A stretch of DNA of 61,442 bases, filler included. It is 9 parts of 9 records of this genome, joined end to end, with 100 filler letters (N's around TTAATTAATTAA, not from the genome) between each part and the next. Parts side by side here need not be neighbours in the genome. Positions count along the whole stretch, not along the records: positions 50,713 to 56,135 come from SRR31147125_55963; positions 56,236 to 61,442 come from SRR31147125_56013; 7 more parts are not named here. One strand, written 5' to 3'. Positions 51,744 to 61,442 of this stretch are shown here, in pieces. The position numbers were made by a program, and so were the translations under genes. Position 1 is the stretch's first letter; each line of letters begins with the position of its first letter. Below the pieces are notes generated by a model that ran no database searches, was not told where the DNA came from, and worked only from the letters and a program-made list of their open reading frames with translations.

Positions 51744-52468
51744 TTTTCTTCCTTTCCAATATAATCAATTAAATCCCATGCAGAAATCATACCTATTATT
51801 TTCTCTTTGTTATCTCCCGTTTTTGTTACAAGAACCGCTCCTAATCTTTTACCTTCATATATATGCTTTGAATACATATCAATAATCTCATCAAGAGGTG
51901 CTTCTTTTGAAACATAGCAAAACCTTTCATCCATTGGGTCTACAATGCTATCTCCTAACTCCTTTACTGTAAAGTCTTCATTTATTGTTATGGTTAAATT
52001 TTTTCTCATAAAAGTAAAAATGCTGTCTCCGCTAAGCACGCCTATTAATTTACTATTATCCATCACCGGCATGTAAGAATAGTTTTTATCATGCATTTTC
52101 TTTATGCACTCTAGCAGTCTCATATCAGGATGTGCAAAAACCAAATCTTTTGCTTTTATGGCTGCATCATATGCTGTTGGAGGGTTTACAATCTTATTAA
52201 AAATATATTCATATCTATCAACTACCTCTTTGTGAGGCTCTGCTATTGGATTATATTTGCTGGTTGAATCGTGTACTATAATGTTTCTAAGGTTTGCAAA
52301 AGTACGCAGTTCGTCATAATGATTTTTGACTATATGACTTTTCTTTGACATTATATTCAGCATCTGAACATGCGACCTGTAATCTTTTAAATTCAGTCGC
52401 CTCTCCATATGTTCACTTAATTCATTATATACATTAACAAATCTATTGCTTAATTCACTATATGGCAT
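51740..52468 (-). CDS. CBS-domain protein
   Basis: LRNIIVH N-terminal helical part; MHDKNYSYMPV..LIGVLS and IIGMISAWD CBS pair. Confidence 0.8.
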   Translation of the reverse strand: MPYSELSNRFVNVYNELSEHMERRLNLKDYRSHVQMLNIMSKKSHIVKNHYDELRTFANLRNIIVHDSTSKYNPIAEPHKEVVDRYEYIFNKIVNPPTAYDAAIKAKDLVFAHPDMRLLECIKKMHDKNYSYMPVMDNSKLIGVLSGDSIFTFMRKNLTITINEDFTVKELGDSIVDPMDERFCYVSKEAPLDEIIDMYSKHIYEGKRLGAVLVTKTGDNKEKIIGMISAWDLIDYIGKEEK

Positions 52469-52605
52469 TGTATATCCCTTTCATAAAATCTAATCTTATT
52501 TTTTTCTAGATATTATTGAAGACTCCCATTATGAGAGCCTTTTATAATTATAGTATATATTGTTTGTGTTTTCTACCTTAAAATACTAAACTGCTTCGCT
52601 TAATA

Positions 52606-53015
52606 TTAATTTTTTTCTATTATTCTAGAAATTACTGCACTTGATTTAATTACAGATTCCATTAAATCCTCGTGATATTTGCCATGAAAAAGGCTTAAAT
52701 TAACCTCATATTTTCTATGCTCTACCATACTGCCCCTATAGTTATCCTTATGTGGTTTACATGACAGATCAGACAGAAAATGAGTTATAATTCCTAGACG
52801 CATAGACATGGCAAAGCGTCTTTTATTTTCTTTATTCTCCAATTTGCCGATTCTTTTTTGTATATAATCATTAGACTTACTACTATGCGGTCTAAACCTC
52901 ATGTTTGGTAGAATGTCTGGCAGTACAGAGCCTAATTTAAAAAAAATTTATTTAAATCTTCCTCAAATCTCGAGTGAATTACATCTGCAATATGTAGATG
53001 TGTTTTTAGCTGCAT
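52606..53015 (-). CDS. Zinc-dependent phospholipase C family protein (frameshift at the A8 run near 52940)
   Basis: MQLKTHLHIA..; FKLGSVLPD, RPH, LGIITHFLSD, H..YE; one extra T joins the frames. Confidence 0.7.
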
Positions 53016-53211
53016 GTCGTCGCTATCCTTTCCTATTACCCATTCTTCTCTTTTCTTTAGTATATAGTAAATATCCAAAAATGGGTACTGACAATTAATT
53101 GTATTTATCTATTTAATTGTATATTTTGTGACTACATTTATTAGTCACACCTATTTTATACCAAATAGGTGTACAGAAAGCAACAAAATCCGTGTAAACT
53201 TTATGATAAAA

Positions 53212-54606
53212 CTATGATAACAGCTTGTGCCGTTCCACCGAAAAACGCTGTATTATGTAATCTTCATCACTCTTTATCCCTGCTTTTTGAAGCGCAATAG
53301 CCAACTGATGGTCAACATTTTCTACCCCATCAACGTTAGGTAGGAGCAAGCCCCTCTGGTAATCCTTTGTTACGACTATTCCATATTTTTTAATATCTAA
53401 TTGTTCCTTGCTTGATACTGTTTCCATCTCAGATAATACATCGACCACAATTTCAAGTTCTTCTAGTTCTTCTTCCTGTACCTCTGTAAATCTAGAATCT
53501 TTTGTAGCCGCCTCAATCGCATTGTTTATTATTTCCTCGGCTATACTAGGCTTGGTAGGCTCTATAGTTCCTATACATCCTCTTAGTTTACCTTCCCTTT
53601 TTATAGATACAAAAACTCCATTTTGCTTAATATACATATCCTCGCTTAAATCTTCAGGTATTTCAATTCTTAATCTATTTTTAACATAATGATTAATAGT
53701 GTTCCTGGCTAGTTTCACATATTCATCTTCTTTTTGTTTTTTCACCTCATTTGCATGGTTTCTTATCTGAAGATATTGGTTTATTAAATTCTCCTTATCA
53801 GCCTCATGGCATTCTATGCTTGCAGTCATATATCCAACACCAAATGGAGCTTCATACGAATATACTTGGCTTTCAGCTGCCCTTGAATCCAGTGCTCCTA
53901 TCATCATCTCCAGTGGTTTATGGGCGCACTGTCCAGCTCTATTTACCATATCCTCATCCGTTGATAATACTTTTATAAAATCACTGTTTTTCACTGCGCT
54001 GACTATATATTCATCATATACTGCTCCCATTTCATCAAACTCTTCAGAACCATTATCAGCAAGTCTGTGGGACAAGTCCCCGCTTGCAATAATCACATTA
54101 TCATCACCTAATATTTCCCCCAATATCTTCCCTGCTTTATACATTTGTACCTTTGGCAAAAACCCAATATTAATATGCAGCAGTTTAAAATCCGAATACT
54201 GTTTTAGTATAAAATAAAGGGGTACCATAGCTCCATGGTCAAGTGCTGTAGATATATCATATTTCTCCGCTGTCACTTTATCAAGTGCTAGGCAATTTAT
54301 TCCGCTTGCTCTTAATCCACTGCACAATACCAGCGCTTTTTGAAAGTCACCCTTCAAATCAAATTTAATTTTACGATTACTAAATTCAGAAAAATTGCCT
54401 GTTAAATTATCTTCAATATTAATGCATATTCCATCAGAAAAAACATTACCATGAGGAGAAATTATTGCTATTGTCTTTGGTGCAATAGCTTTTATCTTCT
54501 CTGCTATTTTATTCATTCCTTCAATTGTTTTACTGATAGCTGCTTCTTTTCCCTGTCCAATTTCAGCAACGGCTAATGGCGGATGCGGCATAATAAAAAG
54601 ATTCAT
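53212..54606 (-). CDS. AmmeMemoRadiSam B (Memo/LigB-like)-A (AMMECR1) fusion protein
   Basis: MPHPP, ISPH, LDHG, ASGDLSH, YEAPFGVGY; then GVFVSI..LRGCIGT, DSRF, VDVL, GLLLP. Confidence 0.9.
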   Translation of the reverse strand: MNLFIMPHPPLAVAEIGQGKEAAISKTIEGMNKIAEKIKAIAPKTIAIISPHGNVFSDGICINIEDNLTGNFSEFSNRKIKFDLKGDFQKALVLCSGLRASGINCLALDKVTAEKYDISTALDHGAMVPLYFILKQYSDFKLLHINIGFLPKVQMYKAGKILGEILGDDNVIIASGDLSHRLADNGSEEFDEMGAVYDEYIVSAVKNSDFIKVLSTDEDMVNRAGQCAHKPLEMMIGALDSRAAESQVYSYEAPFGVGYMTASIECHEADKENLINQYLQIRNHANEVKKQKEDEYVKLARNTINHYVKNRLRIEIPEDLSEDMYIKQNGVFVSIKREGKLRGCIGTIEPTKPSIAEEIINNAIEAATKDSRFTEVQEEELEELEIVVDVLSEMETVSSKEQLDIKKYGIVVTKDYQRGLLLPNVDGVENVDHQLAIALQKAGIKSDEDYIIQRFSVERHKLLS

Positions 54607-54786
54607 ATTTTCCCCTTATTCAATTAAATACTATATTATTTTAAATTATATCATAATACAATTACCATAAAAAGGGGTTATCCCGTAATATACTCCACTT
54701 TATAGAAAATTAATAATATTCATATTTAATTATTAATTATGTTTAATAATGATTTCAAATTATGCTTAATTTTAAATAAACACTTA

Positions 54787-54848
54787 TGTAAAGGATGCTT
54801 GACATTTACGCGTTTCAATGTTATTATTTATGTAAAGCTTGCTTTACG
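54787..54848 (+). promoter_or_regulatory. Sigma70/A promoter with two related operator palindromes
   Basis: TTGACA(54799)-17 bp-TATTAT with extended TG; GTAAAGC-TT-GCTTTAC downstream and TGTAAAGGATGCTTGACA over the -35. Confidence 0.7.
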
Positions 54849-54870
54849 TGGTTTGGAGGCTGCAGTAAAT

Positions 54871-55083
54871 ATGAAAAACAAAATAGAACAACTTCGCAAG
54901 AGTAGGAACATAACCCAAATAGAGCTTGCTAGTGCCTTAGAAGTTTCAAGGCAGACAATCAGCTCATTGGAAAACGGAAGATACAACCCGACTATTATAT
55001 TAGCATTCAAAATCGCTAGGTTTTTTAGTGTTAATGTTGAAGGAATTTTTATTTATGAGGAGGATACAAATAATGAAAAATAA
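54871..55083 (+). CDS. Xre-family HTH regulator
   Basis: MKNKIEQLRK..ITQIELA..VSRQTISSLENGRYNP; GGAGG RBS. Confidence 0.92.
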   Translation: MKNKIEQLRKSRNITQIELASALEVSRQTISSLENGRYNPTIILAFKIARFFSVNVEGIFIYEEDTNNEK

Positions 55084-55492
55084 AAGATTAAAAGTAATAG
55101 GATTAGTTACCCTAATAGTTATAGGAGCAGGATTAATATTAATTAGCATATTTAAGGATTTTGCCAATAATATAAACGGTGCGCTAATAGGCATAGGTTT
55201 TGGAGTAATAGGTGCATCAGTCGCCCAGCTACTTACCATGAAAATTTATTCAAAAAACCCAACTAAACTAAAACAAAAAACCATAGAGGTAAACGATGAA
55301 AGGAATATGATAATTAAACAAAAAGCTAAAGCGTCAACATATAAGATATTTACATATGCTCTTTCACCGCTATTAATGGTATTAGTTTTTACAGGCGTTG
55401 AATCAATATGGATATTTATTGCAATCTCGCTATACGTGCTCAGATTTATCATCGAAATCTTCTTCACAAACAAATACATGAAGGAAATGTAG
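55073..55492 (+). CDS. Membrane protein (DUF2178-like)
   Basis: Four TM segments with DERN..I..KA motif; follows the Xre gene. Confidence 0.7.
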   Translation: MKNKRLKVIGLVTLIVIGAGLILISIFKDFANNINGALIGIGFGVIGASVAQLLTMKIYSKNPTKLKQKTIEVNDERNMIIKQKAKASTYKIFTYALSPLLMVLVFTGVESIWIFIAISLYVLRFIIEIFFTNKYMKEM

Positions 55493-55513
55493 CAATGATA
55501 ATTTAATTAAATT

Positions 55514-55556
55514 TTATAAAAGGAGGCTATATCAATTAAGATATGCCTCCTTTATA
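55514..55556. terminator. Hairpin between convergent genes
   Basis: TATAAAAGGAGGC...GCCTCCTTTATA. Confidence 0.6.
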
Positions 55557-55660
55557 ATTTCTGCTAAGCTATACTATCCAGCCTACATAAAGGCATCTTT
55601 ACCAAGAAAGATTAGCCCCCGCAGGCATGTGTAGCTGACGTTTGCATCTTTTAATATTCT

Positions 55661-56135
55661 TTAGACTGGATGAACCTTATCCTTCTCATTATACAAAGTA
55701 GCATCCATACCGTACTTTTGTGCACGTCTGTACTTAAAAAATTCAGTAGCAACAGGTGGGAATAATGCATATGATAGCACGTCTTCTTCCTGCTCTAAGT
55801 ATTCTTTCATTTCTTCACGGTACTTATCTAAGTCTGCTGGAATATCATCAGCTGGACGGTGAGTAATACGCTTCTCATCACCTAAAGCCATTTTTACTAT
55901 TTCAGGGTTTGGCTCAGCTGGCAATTTGCCGTATTCACCACGCAATAGGGCTTTTGATTCCTTTGTTATCATCTTGTATCTTTCACCTGACAATACATTT
56001 AGAACAGCTTGTGTACCAACGATTTGTGATGATGGAGTAACAAGTGGCGGATAACCAAAGTCAGCACGCACACGTGGAACTTCTGCCAAAACTTCTTCAA
56101 ACTTATCATCAGCACCTTGCTTTTTGATTTGTGAC
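55661..56135 (-). CDS. Oxaloacetate decarboxylase alpha / pyruvate carboxylase B, C-terminal part
   Basis: EVPRVRADFGYPPLVTPSSQIVGTQA, EDVLSYALFP. Confidence 0.88.
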
Positions 56136-56235
56136 NNNNNNNNNNNNNNNNNNNNNNNNNNNNNNNNNNNNNNNNNNNNTTAATTAATTAANNNNNNNNN
56201 NNNNNNNNNNNNNNNNNNNNNNNNNNNNNNNNNNN
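56136..56235. other. Artificial contig linker
   Basis: N44-TTAATTAATTAA-N44. Confidence 0.98.
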
Positions 56236-56382
56236 GATGTTAAAAAACTGTCCGAACCGTTGATTGGTAATATTGAAATATAATAAACTTTTATATTTCG
56301 GTGTGCCCCGGCGAGGCACACGGTTTTTATTCAAATCCCAACATATTGAAACGTCGGGTTTTCTTAGGGTTTGATGGGGCGG

Positions 56383-58446
56383 TTATCGTATGGTCGTGAT
56401 TGTGTTGGAAATCGTAAATTGAGTATATTCCGTGCCCGGTGAATAGGATCCATCCCGGTACACACCGTCGGAAACGGTGCCTGTTGCACTTCCACCGGTA
56501 TAGATGCCGTATGTGGCGTCGGTGATCAGATCCGAAGAAGAAAAAACAATGGATTGATAGGTTTTGGATGGGGCAAATGTAAGTAGGTCATTTCCGTAAT
56601 TGTCTTGAATGTTTATCAATGTGCCGGCCGACAGGGAGGATCTGAAGTTAACGAGTACGGCATTTTGGGTTGAGGTATTGCCGGGAGCCTGAGCCATGCC
56701 CGAGCTGCCTGCTGCGATCAGCGTGCCGCCGTTCATGGCAAAGGATCCATCGTAATCCAACGCACCGTTCCCGTTGTTTGTCGGTCCATTGATAATGACC
56801 GTGCCGCCGTTCATCTCAATGGTTCCGTTGGAATCGAGTCCGTCACCATCCGCATCGATCACGATGGTGCCGTCATTGATATAAAGATGGTAATCTCCGG
56901 AATCGACAAAATTGTCATTACCGCCGGGGAAATTATCATTTCCACCGGGAAAATTATCGTTTCCGCCGGGAAAACCGCTGTCGGGTCCACCCATTCCAAA
57001 CATGGTGGCTGAATCATCGTCGGTTCCGCCGGCAACATTGATTCCGTCATCACTTGAAACGGTATGAATCTCTCCGCCGTTGATACTGATGGTGGCCCCT
57101 TCAAGCCCCTCAAATGATTTTGTGATATCGATGGTCCCGCTGTTGATTGTCAGATCGGCATCTGCATGAAATCCGTCATCACCGGTTGCCAGGGTCAAAG
57201 CCCCGCCATCAACAACAATATCGCCATTGGAATGGACGGCATCATCTGCAGCATCGATGCTGAACGTTCCTCCGGAGATGGTGACGGTCACCGTCCCTTT
57301 GAGACCTTTGGCGGAATCATCTTCAGCCAAGGCGGCACTGCTGCCGCCGCCGGTCATAAAGATGAAGTTACCATCTTCAATCGTGATATCGGTTTCAGCT
57401 TGAACGGCATCCGCTCCGGAGGTGATGTTGAACAGACCGTTTGCAATGGTAACAAATCCTTTATCCTCATCTTCATCATTGGTGGATTTCAGACCGTCCC
57501 CTTGGGCATTGATTGTGAAGGATCCATTTTCAATATTGATATAATCCTTACCGATAATCCCGTCATCAACCGACGTGATTTGGATGGTTCCGTTTGTAAT
57601 ATCAAGACCGTCTTTACTTTTCAAAGCATCGTTATAATTTGCGTTGATCGTCAGTGTCCCGCTTCCTTCAATGACAAGGTCGTCTTTACTGAACAGGGCG
57701 GCGTCGGGTTCGTCTTCATCCGGATCATCGAACACATAGGAAGACGCATCCGTAATGGTATTGGTGGTGTTTTCCGTAAGATGAATGATGGTCTTTTCAG
57801 ACGACTTGATAAAAAGCGGCGCACTGGTTGAGCTGTTGATATCGATTCCATTGAAAATGAGCGTTACGTCATCCTCATCTTCGGTATCAACGATGATTTG
57901 TCCATCGCTCAGGGTCCCCTCAAGTTGATAGGATCCGGAAGATGAGATGGTCACGGTTGAGTTCTCCACCGCTGCGCCGGATCCGCTGATTGAAATTTGA
58001 GTGCCCTGTAAGCTTATTCGGGTCGCATCTGATGTACTTGAAGTGACAGAGTCGTCCGATTCGACAATGGTGAAGCTTTCAACATTTGAAATAGCACTCA
58101 CTTCAGAGTCGTTATGGGATTTGACGGCAATGTAAAATGCTGCGCCATCCCATAATTCTGCAGTAAAAGATGCTGAATTTCCCATATCGATTTCATAGAT
58201 TGTTTCGGCATCGGGGTAGGGGGCCGCGTAGAATGTATAGCCGGTTGCTCCATCCACAAAATTCCATGAAACAGTGATATTGAGATTATCCACATAAGAC
58301 ATGAGTGTCGGGGCATTCAGCTGGGCATGCGCCGGGGATTGAAACCCCATAACGCTGATGGACAACGAGATGATGGTCAAAATAATTACCTGCATTTTTT
58401 CTAAACCTTGTTTTGAGTGAAATTGTTTCACTATTAATTCCTCCAT
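56383..58446 (-). CDS. Secreted Cthe_2159/DUF4353-like beta-helix carbohydrate-binding protein with N-terminal Fn3-like domain
   Basis: GTLSDGQIIVD, AALFSKDDL, DDGIIGKD, DDAVHSNG, GDGLDSNG, NGALDYDG. Confidence 0.85.
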   Translation of the reverse strand: MEELIVKQFHSKQGLEKMQVIILTIISLSISVMGFQSPAHAQLNAPTLMSYVDNLNITVSWNFVDGATGYTFYAAPYPDAETIYEIDMGNSASFTAELWDGAAFYIAVKSHNDSEVSAISNVESFTIVESDDSVTSSTSDATRISLQGTQISISGSGAAVENSTVTISSSGSYQLEGTLSDGQIIVDTEDEDDVTLIFNGIDINSSTSAPLFIKSSEKTIIHLTENTTNTITDASSYVFDDPDEDEPDAALFSKDDLVIEGSGTLTINANYNDALKSKDGLDITNGTIQITSVDDGIIGKDYINIENGSFTINAQGDGLKSTNDEDEDKGFVTIANGLFNITSGADAVQAETDITIEDGNFIFMTGGGSSAALAEDDSAKGLKGTVTVTISGGTFSIDAADDAVHSNGDIVVDGGALTLATGDDGFHADADLTINSGTIDITKSFEGLEGATISINGGEIHTVSSDDGINVAGGTDDDSATMFGMGGPDSGFPGGNDNFPGGNDNFPGGNDNFVDSGDYHLYINDGTIVIDADGDGLDSNGTIEMNGGTVIINGPTNNGNGALDYDGSFAMNGGTLIAAGSSGMAQAPGNTSTQNAVLVNFRSSLSAGTLINIQDNYGNDLLTFAPSKTYQSIVFSSSDLITDATYGIYTGGSATGTVSDGVYRDGSYSPGTEYTQFTISNTITTIR
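56911..56973 (-). repeat. Three 21-bp coding tandem repeats (FPGGNDN)
   Basis: Three units differing only at synonymous positions. Confidence 0.85.
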
Positions 58447-58874
58447 TTGTCACCGGTAATGGTTACTGGATGTACATGTTTTTTTGCATGGACGACGACC
58501 AGTAAGCTCCACAACGACTGATCCGGTAAATTCGCCGGATCCGCTGATCTATATACCAAGAAGTATGCCATGACAATAATGGGTGAATGTTGTTGGAAGT
58601 TGTGAAAGAGGGGGTGATGAATAACTTATTCGAATGATATGATTTTTTTATGAAAATAGTTGATGGAAGTATCAAAACGAGGTCGGTTTTTCCATGGGAG
58701 GGGAGGAGGAAGCAGGCTTTAACGGGGTGATCTCGACGCTTTTATGCCTCGCTTCGACAATTTTGTCGAGATCAATTGACGTGATACCGATCTTGCTGAT
58801 AGAAAAGGCGTTCCTCCTCATTGAATTGGAAAATAGGGGGAGATTCGGGAGCGGATGGTCTCTCCTTCATATCC

Positions 58875-61168
58875 TTATGCAACACGATAGATATTGGATA
58901 CTGACACTGTTTCGGCAGAAGCGGGTTTGCTGAAAAAATATCCTTGACCCGATGTGCAATGTAATTCACGGAGTTGTTTGATATGGTTGGCCGTTTCAAC
59001 CCCTTCTGCAATCACATTCATATTGAGGTTATGGGCCATGTTGACGATGGTTTTGACGATGGAGCGATCACTTTCGTTGGTATTGATCTCATTTACAAAG
59101 CTGCGATCGATCTTAAGTCTTGAAAAGGGCAAGTTTTTCAAATAGCTCAAAGATGAGTAACCGGTACCAAAGTCGTCAATGGCCATTTGGATACCCATAT
59201 TTGCCAACCGGGTGAGGATTTCCGTCGTATGCTCTCTATACGTCGGCATGGCCACACTTTCGGTTAATTCAAGTTCAATTTGATTCGGCGGCACTCCCAC
59301 TTCATCCAAAATTCTCTGAACTCTCTCAACAAAGTCTGTTTGCTGAAACTGGATGAGAGAGATATTGACCGCCATGATGATGTTTATGCCGTTATCTCTC
59401 CACTGTTTCAACTGGCAACATGCCGATCGAAGCACCCACTCTCCCATGGGTATGATCAGACCGCTACTTTCTGCAAGGGGGATGAATTTATCCGGATAAA
59501 TCAGTCCCGACACGGCGTGATTCCATCTCAATAACGCTTCCACCCCGGTCACCTGACCTGTCAACAGGTCCACCTGGGGTTGATAGTAAAGAAGAAACTC
59601 TTCGTTCTCCAGAGCGTTGTAGAGATCTTTTTCAAGCATCCTTTTTTCTTTGAACCGTTTATGCATCGTATGGTCATAAAATGTGACGGAATTTCCGCCA
59701 TTCAATCGGGCTTGATACATGGCGGAATCGGCTTTTTCCAAAGGACCTTTGAATTTTTTGCCTCATCTTTCGGAAAAATGCTGACCCCCATGCTGGTGGT
59801 TAACTTGCAAGGGTGGTTGTTGATCAGCTGAGTTGATTTGAATGATGATTCAATTTTTGTCAGTAGTTTCTTTACGTCATTCTTTTTCTTGATATTATTG
59901 AGAATCAAAGCAAATTCACTGCCGCCGATTCGGCTCACCGTATCGGTTACCCTGACGGAATCGGTGAGAAGTTCGGCTGTTTTGCAAAATACGGCATCTT
60001 CCGCATCATGCCCCAAGTGCTCGTTGATGGCTTTGTAGTCATCCAGACTGACACAGACGACAGCCACTTTTTTGTTAATTCGCCGGGCCTGAAGAATACT
60101 CTGACTCAATCGATCCAAAAACAGGGCTTTCAGCGGCAAGCCGGTTAGGACGTCGTAGTTGGAGATGTAAAGCAGCTCTTTGAGGGCCTTTTTTCGTTCA
60201 ATGATCACGGCAAGAGCATCTGAGAATGTCATCATAAATTTCTCTTCATACGGATTTTTTATATGGCCCAAATAGAGATCCAGACAGATCACACCCAATA
60301 ACTCATCATTGTTTAAAATGGGAACGCAACAGTGACCATGATCCAGCGTTTCAGATCGTCTCAATGTGGGGAAATCATTCATGTTTTCAGCAAAGATAAT
60401 CTCTTTTTTCAAGGCGGCCATACCGCAAAGGCATTGCCCTTCAATAATTTCAAAGCATGTGATGTGCGAAGGTTCGGAAAAATCTCTTTTCACATAGAGT
60501 CGAAGTGCGTCCAAATCCTTATCGTAAAGGTAAACGGCACCCGTGGATTTGATGGAAAGCCACGAAACGGAAAAGAGATAATCCAGGGCCATGGCCAAAA
60601 TTTCTTTCAGCTCAAGGTTGGTTGATGCCAGTTTCAATATCGAGCTGATGGTGTTGTGAACATCCAGATTTCTCTTAATGTCGACACGGGCCTTGAAAAG
60701 CTCTTCACTTCTCAGCTTGACCTGATTTTCCAAGTCGCTATTGAGCGCTTCAAGATGCTTTACCAACGCATTCTTTTCTTGATTTAATCGTTTTTTTTCC
60801 AATGCCCGGTTTACAGTTAAAAAGAGTTCTTCAACATTTTCAAGTGGTTTGGGTAAGAAATCGTAAGCGCCGTCTCCTTTCATGGCTGCGATGACTTTTT
60901 CGATGCTGGCGTATGCCGTTAAAATGATGACTTCAATATCCGGATCCATCTCCTTCAAGTGACACATCAGCTCAATCCCATTCATGCGGGGCATTTTAAA
61001 ATCGGTAACTACCAGGTCAAATGGTGACGTCATTGCCATCTCAAGAGCCATTTCACCGGATGAAGCACTTTTGACGTTGTATCCCTCCAGAAGCAATGCT
61101 TGGCTGAGGGTTTCCGTAATGTCCGGCTCATCGTCCACTATTAGGATGTCATGATCTGAATGTGTCAT
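58875..61168 (-). CDS. REC-GAF-GGDEF(degenerate)-EAL protein (frameshift near 59740)
   Basis: LIVDDE/TDFKMP/PKP receiver; GAF with CLCG; RIGGSEF; EALLRW, ELTES, DDFGTGYSS, KIDRSF, AEGVE, QGY. Confidence 0.88.
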
Positions 61169-61442
61169 GTTTAAAAACTCACTTTCCAACGAAGTGGGGT
61201 TTCCCTTTTCAAGCACTTTTCCAACTCCCCAAGGGCGTCCAAATTGTCTGTTTCGTCATCAACTATTAGAATCATCTGCTTTAAACTCGTCATGGTATAT
61301 TTGCTTCTCACTTACTATTTCAATGGGACATGGGAGTGTCGATACGTCCCTTACTAAATTCTACGTATCACCGCCATGTTTGCCGGCGCATCACAACGAT
61401 GTGTGAAAGCTCTTTTATTACAGTGTTTTATGGAGGCTTTTC

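Noticed and set aside
54739-54870. N-terminal extension of the Xre ORF in the supplied track
   Set aside because: This stretch holds the promoter, operators and RBS; the real start is most likely 54871.
11349-56235. Recurrent TTAATTAATTAA motif as a biological repeat or array
   Set aside because: Always centred in exactly 44+44 Ns; it is a synthetic six-frame-stop linker.
56275-56328. Group IIC intron 5' end (GTGTGCCCCGGC after a hairpin) or a recombinase core site
   Set aside because: Similarity stops after about 10 nt and no intron domains or RT follow. GTGTGCC pairs with GGCACAC before a T tract just after a plus-strand stop codon, so an ordinary terminator explains it.

Overview
This window is not one locus. 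It is nine unrelated contigs joined by eight identical 100-bp artificial linkers (N44-TTAATTAATTAA-N44), so gene neighbourhoods only mean something within a contig. (1) 1-11348: housekeeping block with coaE, a TPR protein, CCA-adding enzyme, SurA/PpiD-like chaperone, mreBCD-mrdA-rodA, trxA, an orphan gene and a truncated tRNA-Val. (2) 11449-19013: low-GC TetR plus RND efflux system whose adaptor has a very acidic hairpin. (3) 19114-24702: DASS transporter, BNR/sialidase-like lipoprotein and an ArsA/Get3 ATPase pair. (4) 24803-31572: SusC/SusD and a GH110-like beta-helix protein. (5) 31673-37784: a phage-satellite-like element ending at a tRNA-Leu(CAA) 3' fragment. (6) 37885-43818: GPH transporter, acyltransferase, membrane LuxR, epimerase, lasso-type B2 and PqqD genes. 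(7) 43919-50612: MarR, an efflux adaptor and a sigma54-type type IV minor pilin/PilY1 cluster. (8) 50713-56135: aldo/keto reductase, CBS protein, Zn-phospholipase-like gene, AmmeMemoRadiSam B-A fusion, HTH/membrane pair and a carboxyltransferase end. (9) 56236-61442: Cthe_2159-like protein and a REC-GAF-GGDEF-EAL protein. The best candidate for a new system is contig 5. It carries two copies of a 48-bp lambda-cos-like motif, each directly upstream of a different small-terminase-like gene. It also has a lambda gpC-like S49 protease with a four-fold repeated scaffold-type tail and two coiled-coil proteins. No large terminase, portal or capsid gene lies between these and the att site. Eight genes are split by frameshifts, mostly single bases missing from A/T homopolymers, which are most likely sequencing errors. 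All family calls come from motif recognition; no database searches were run.
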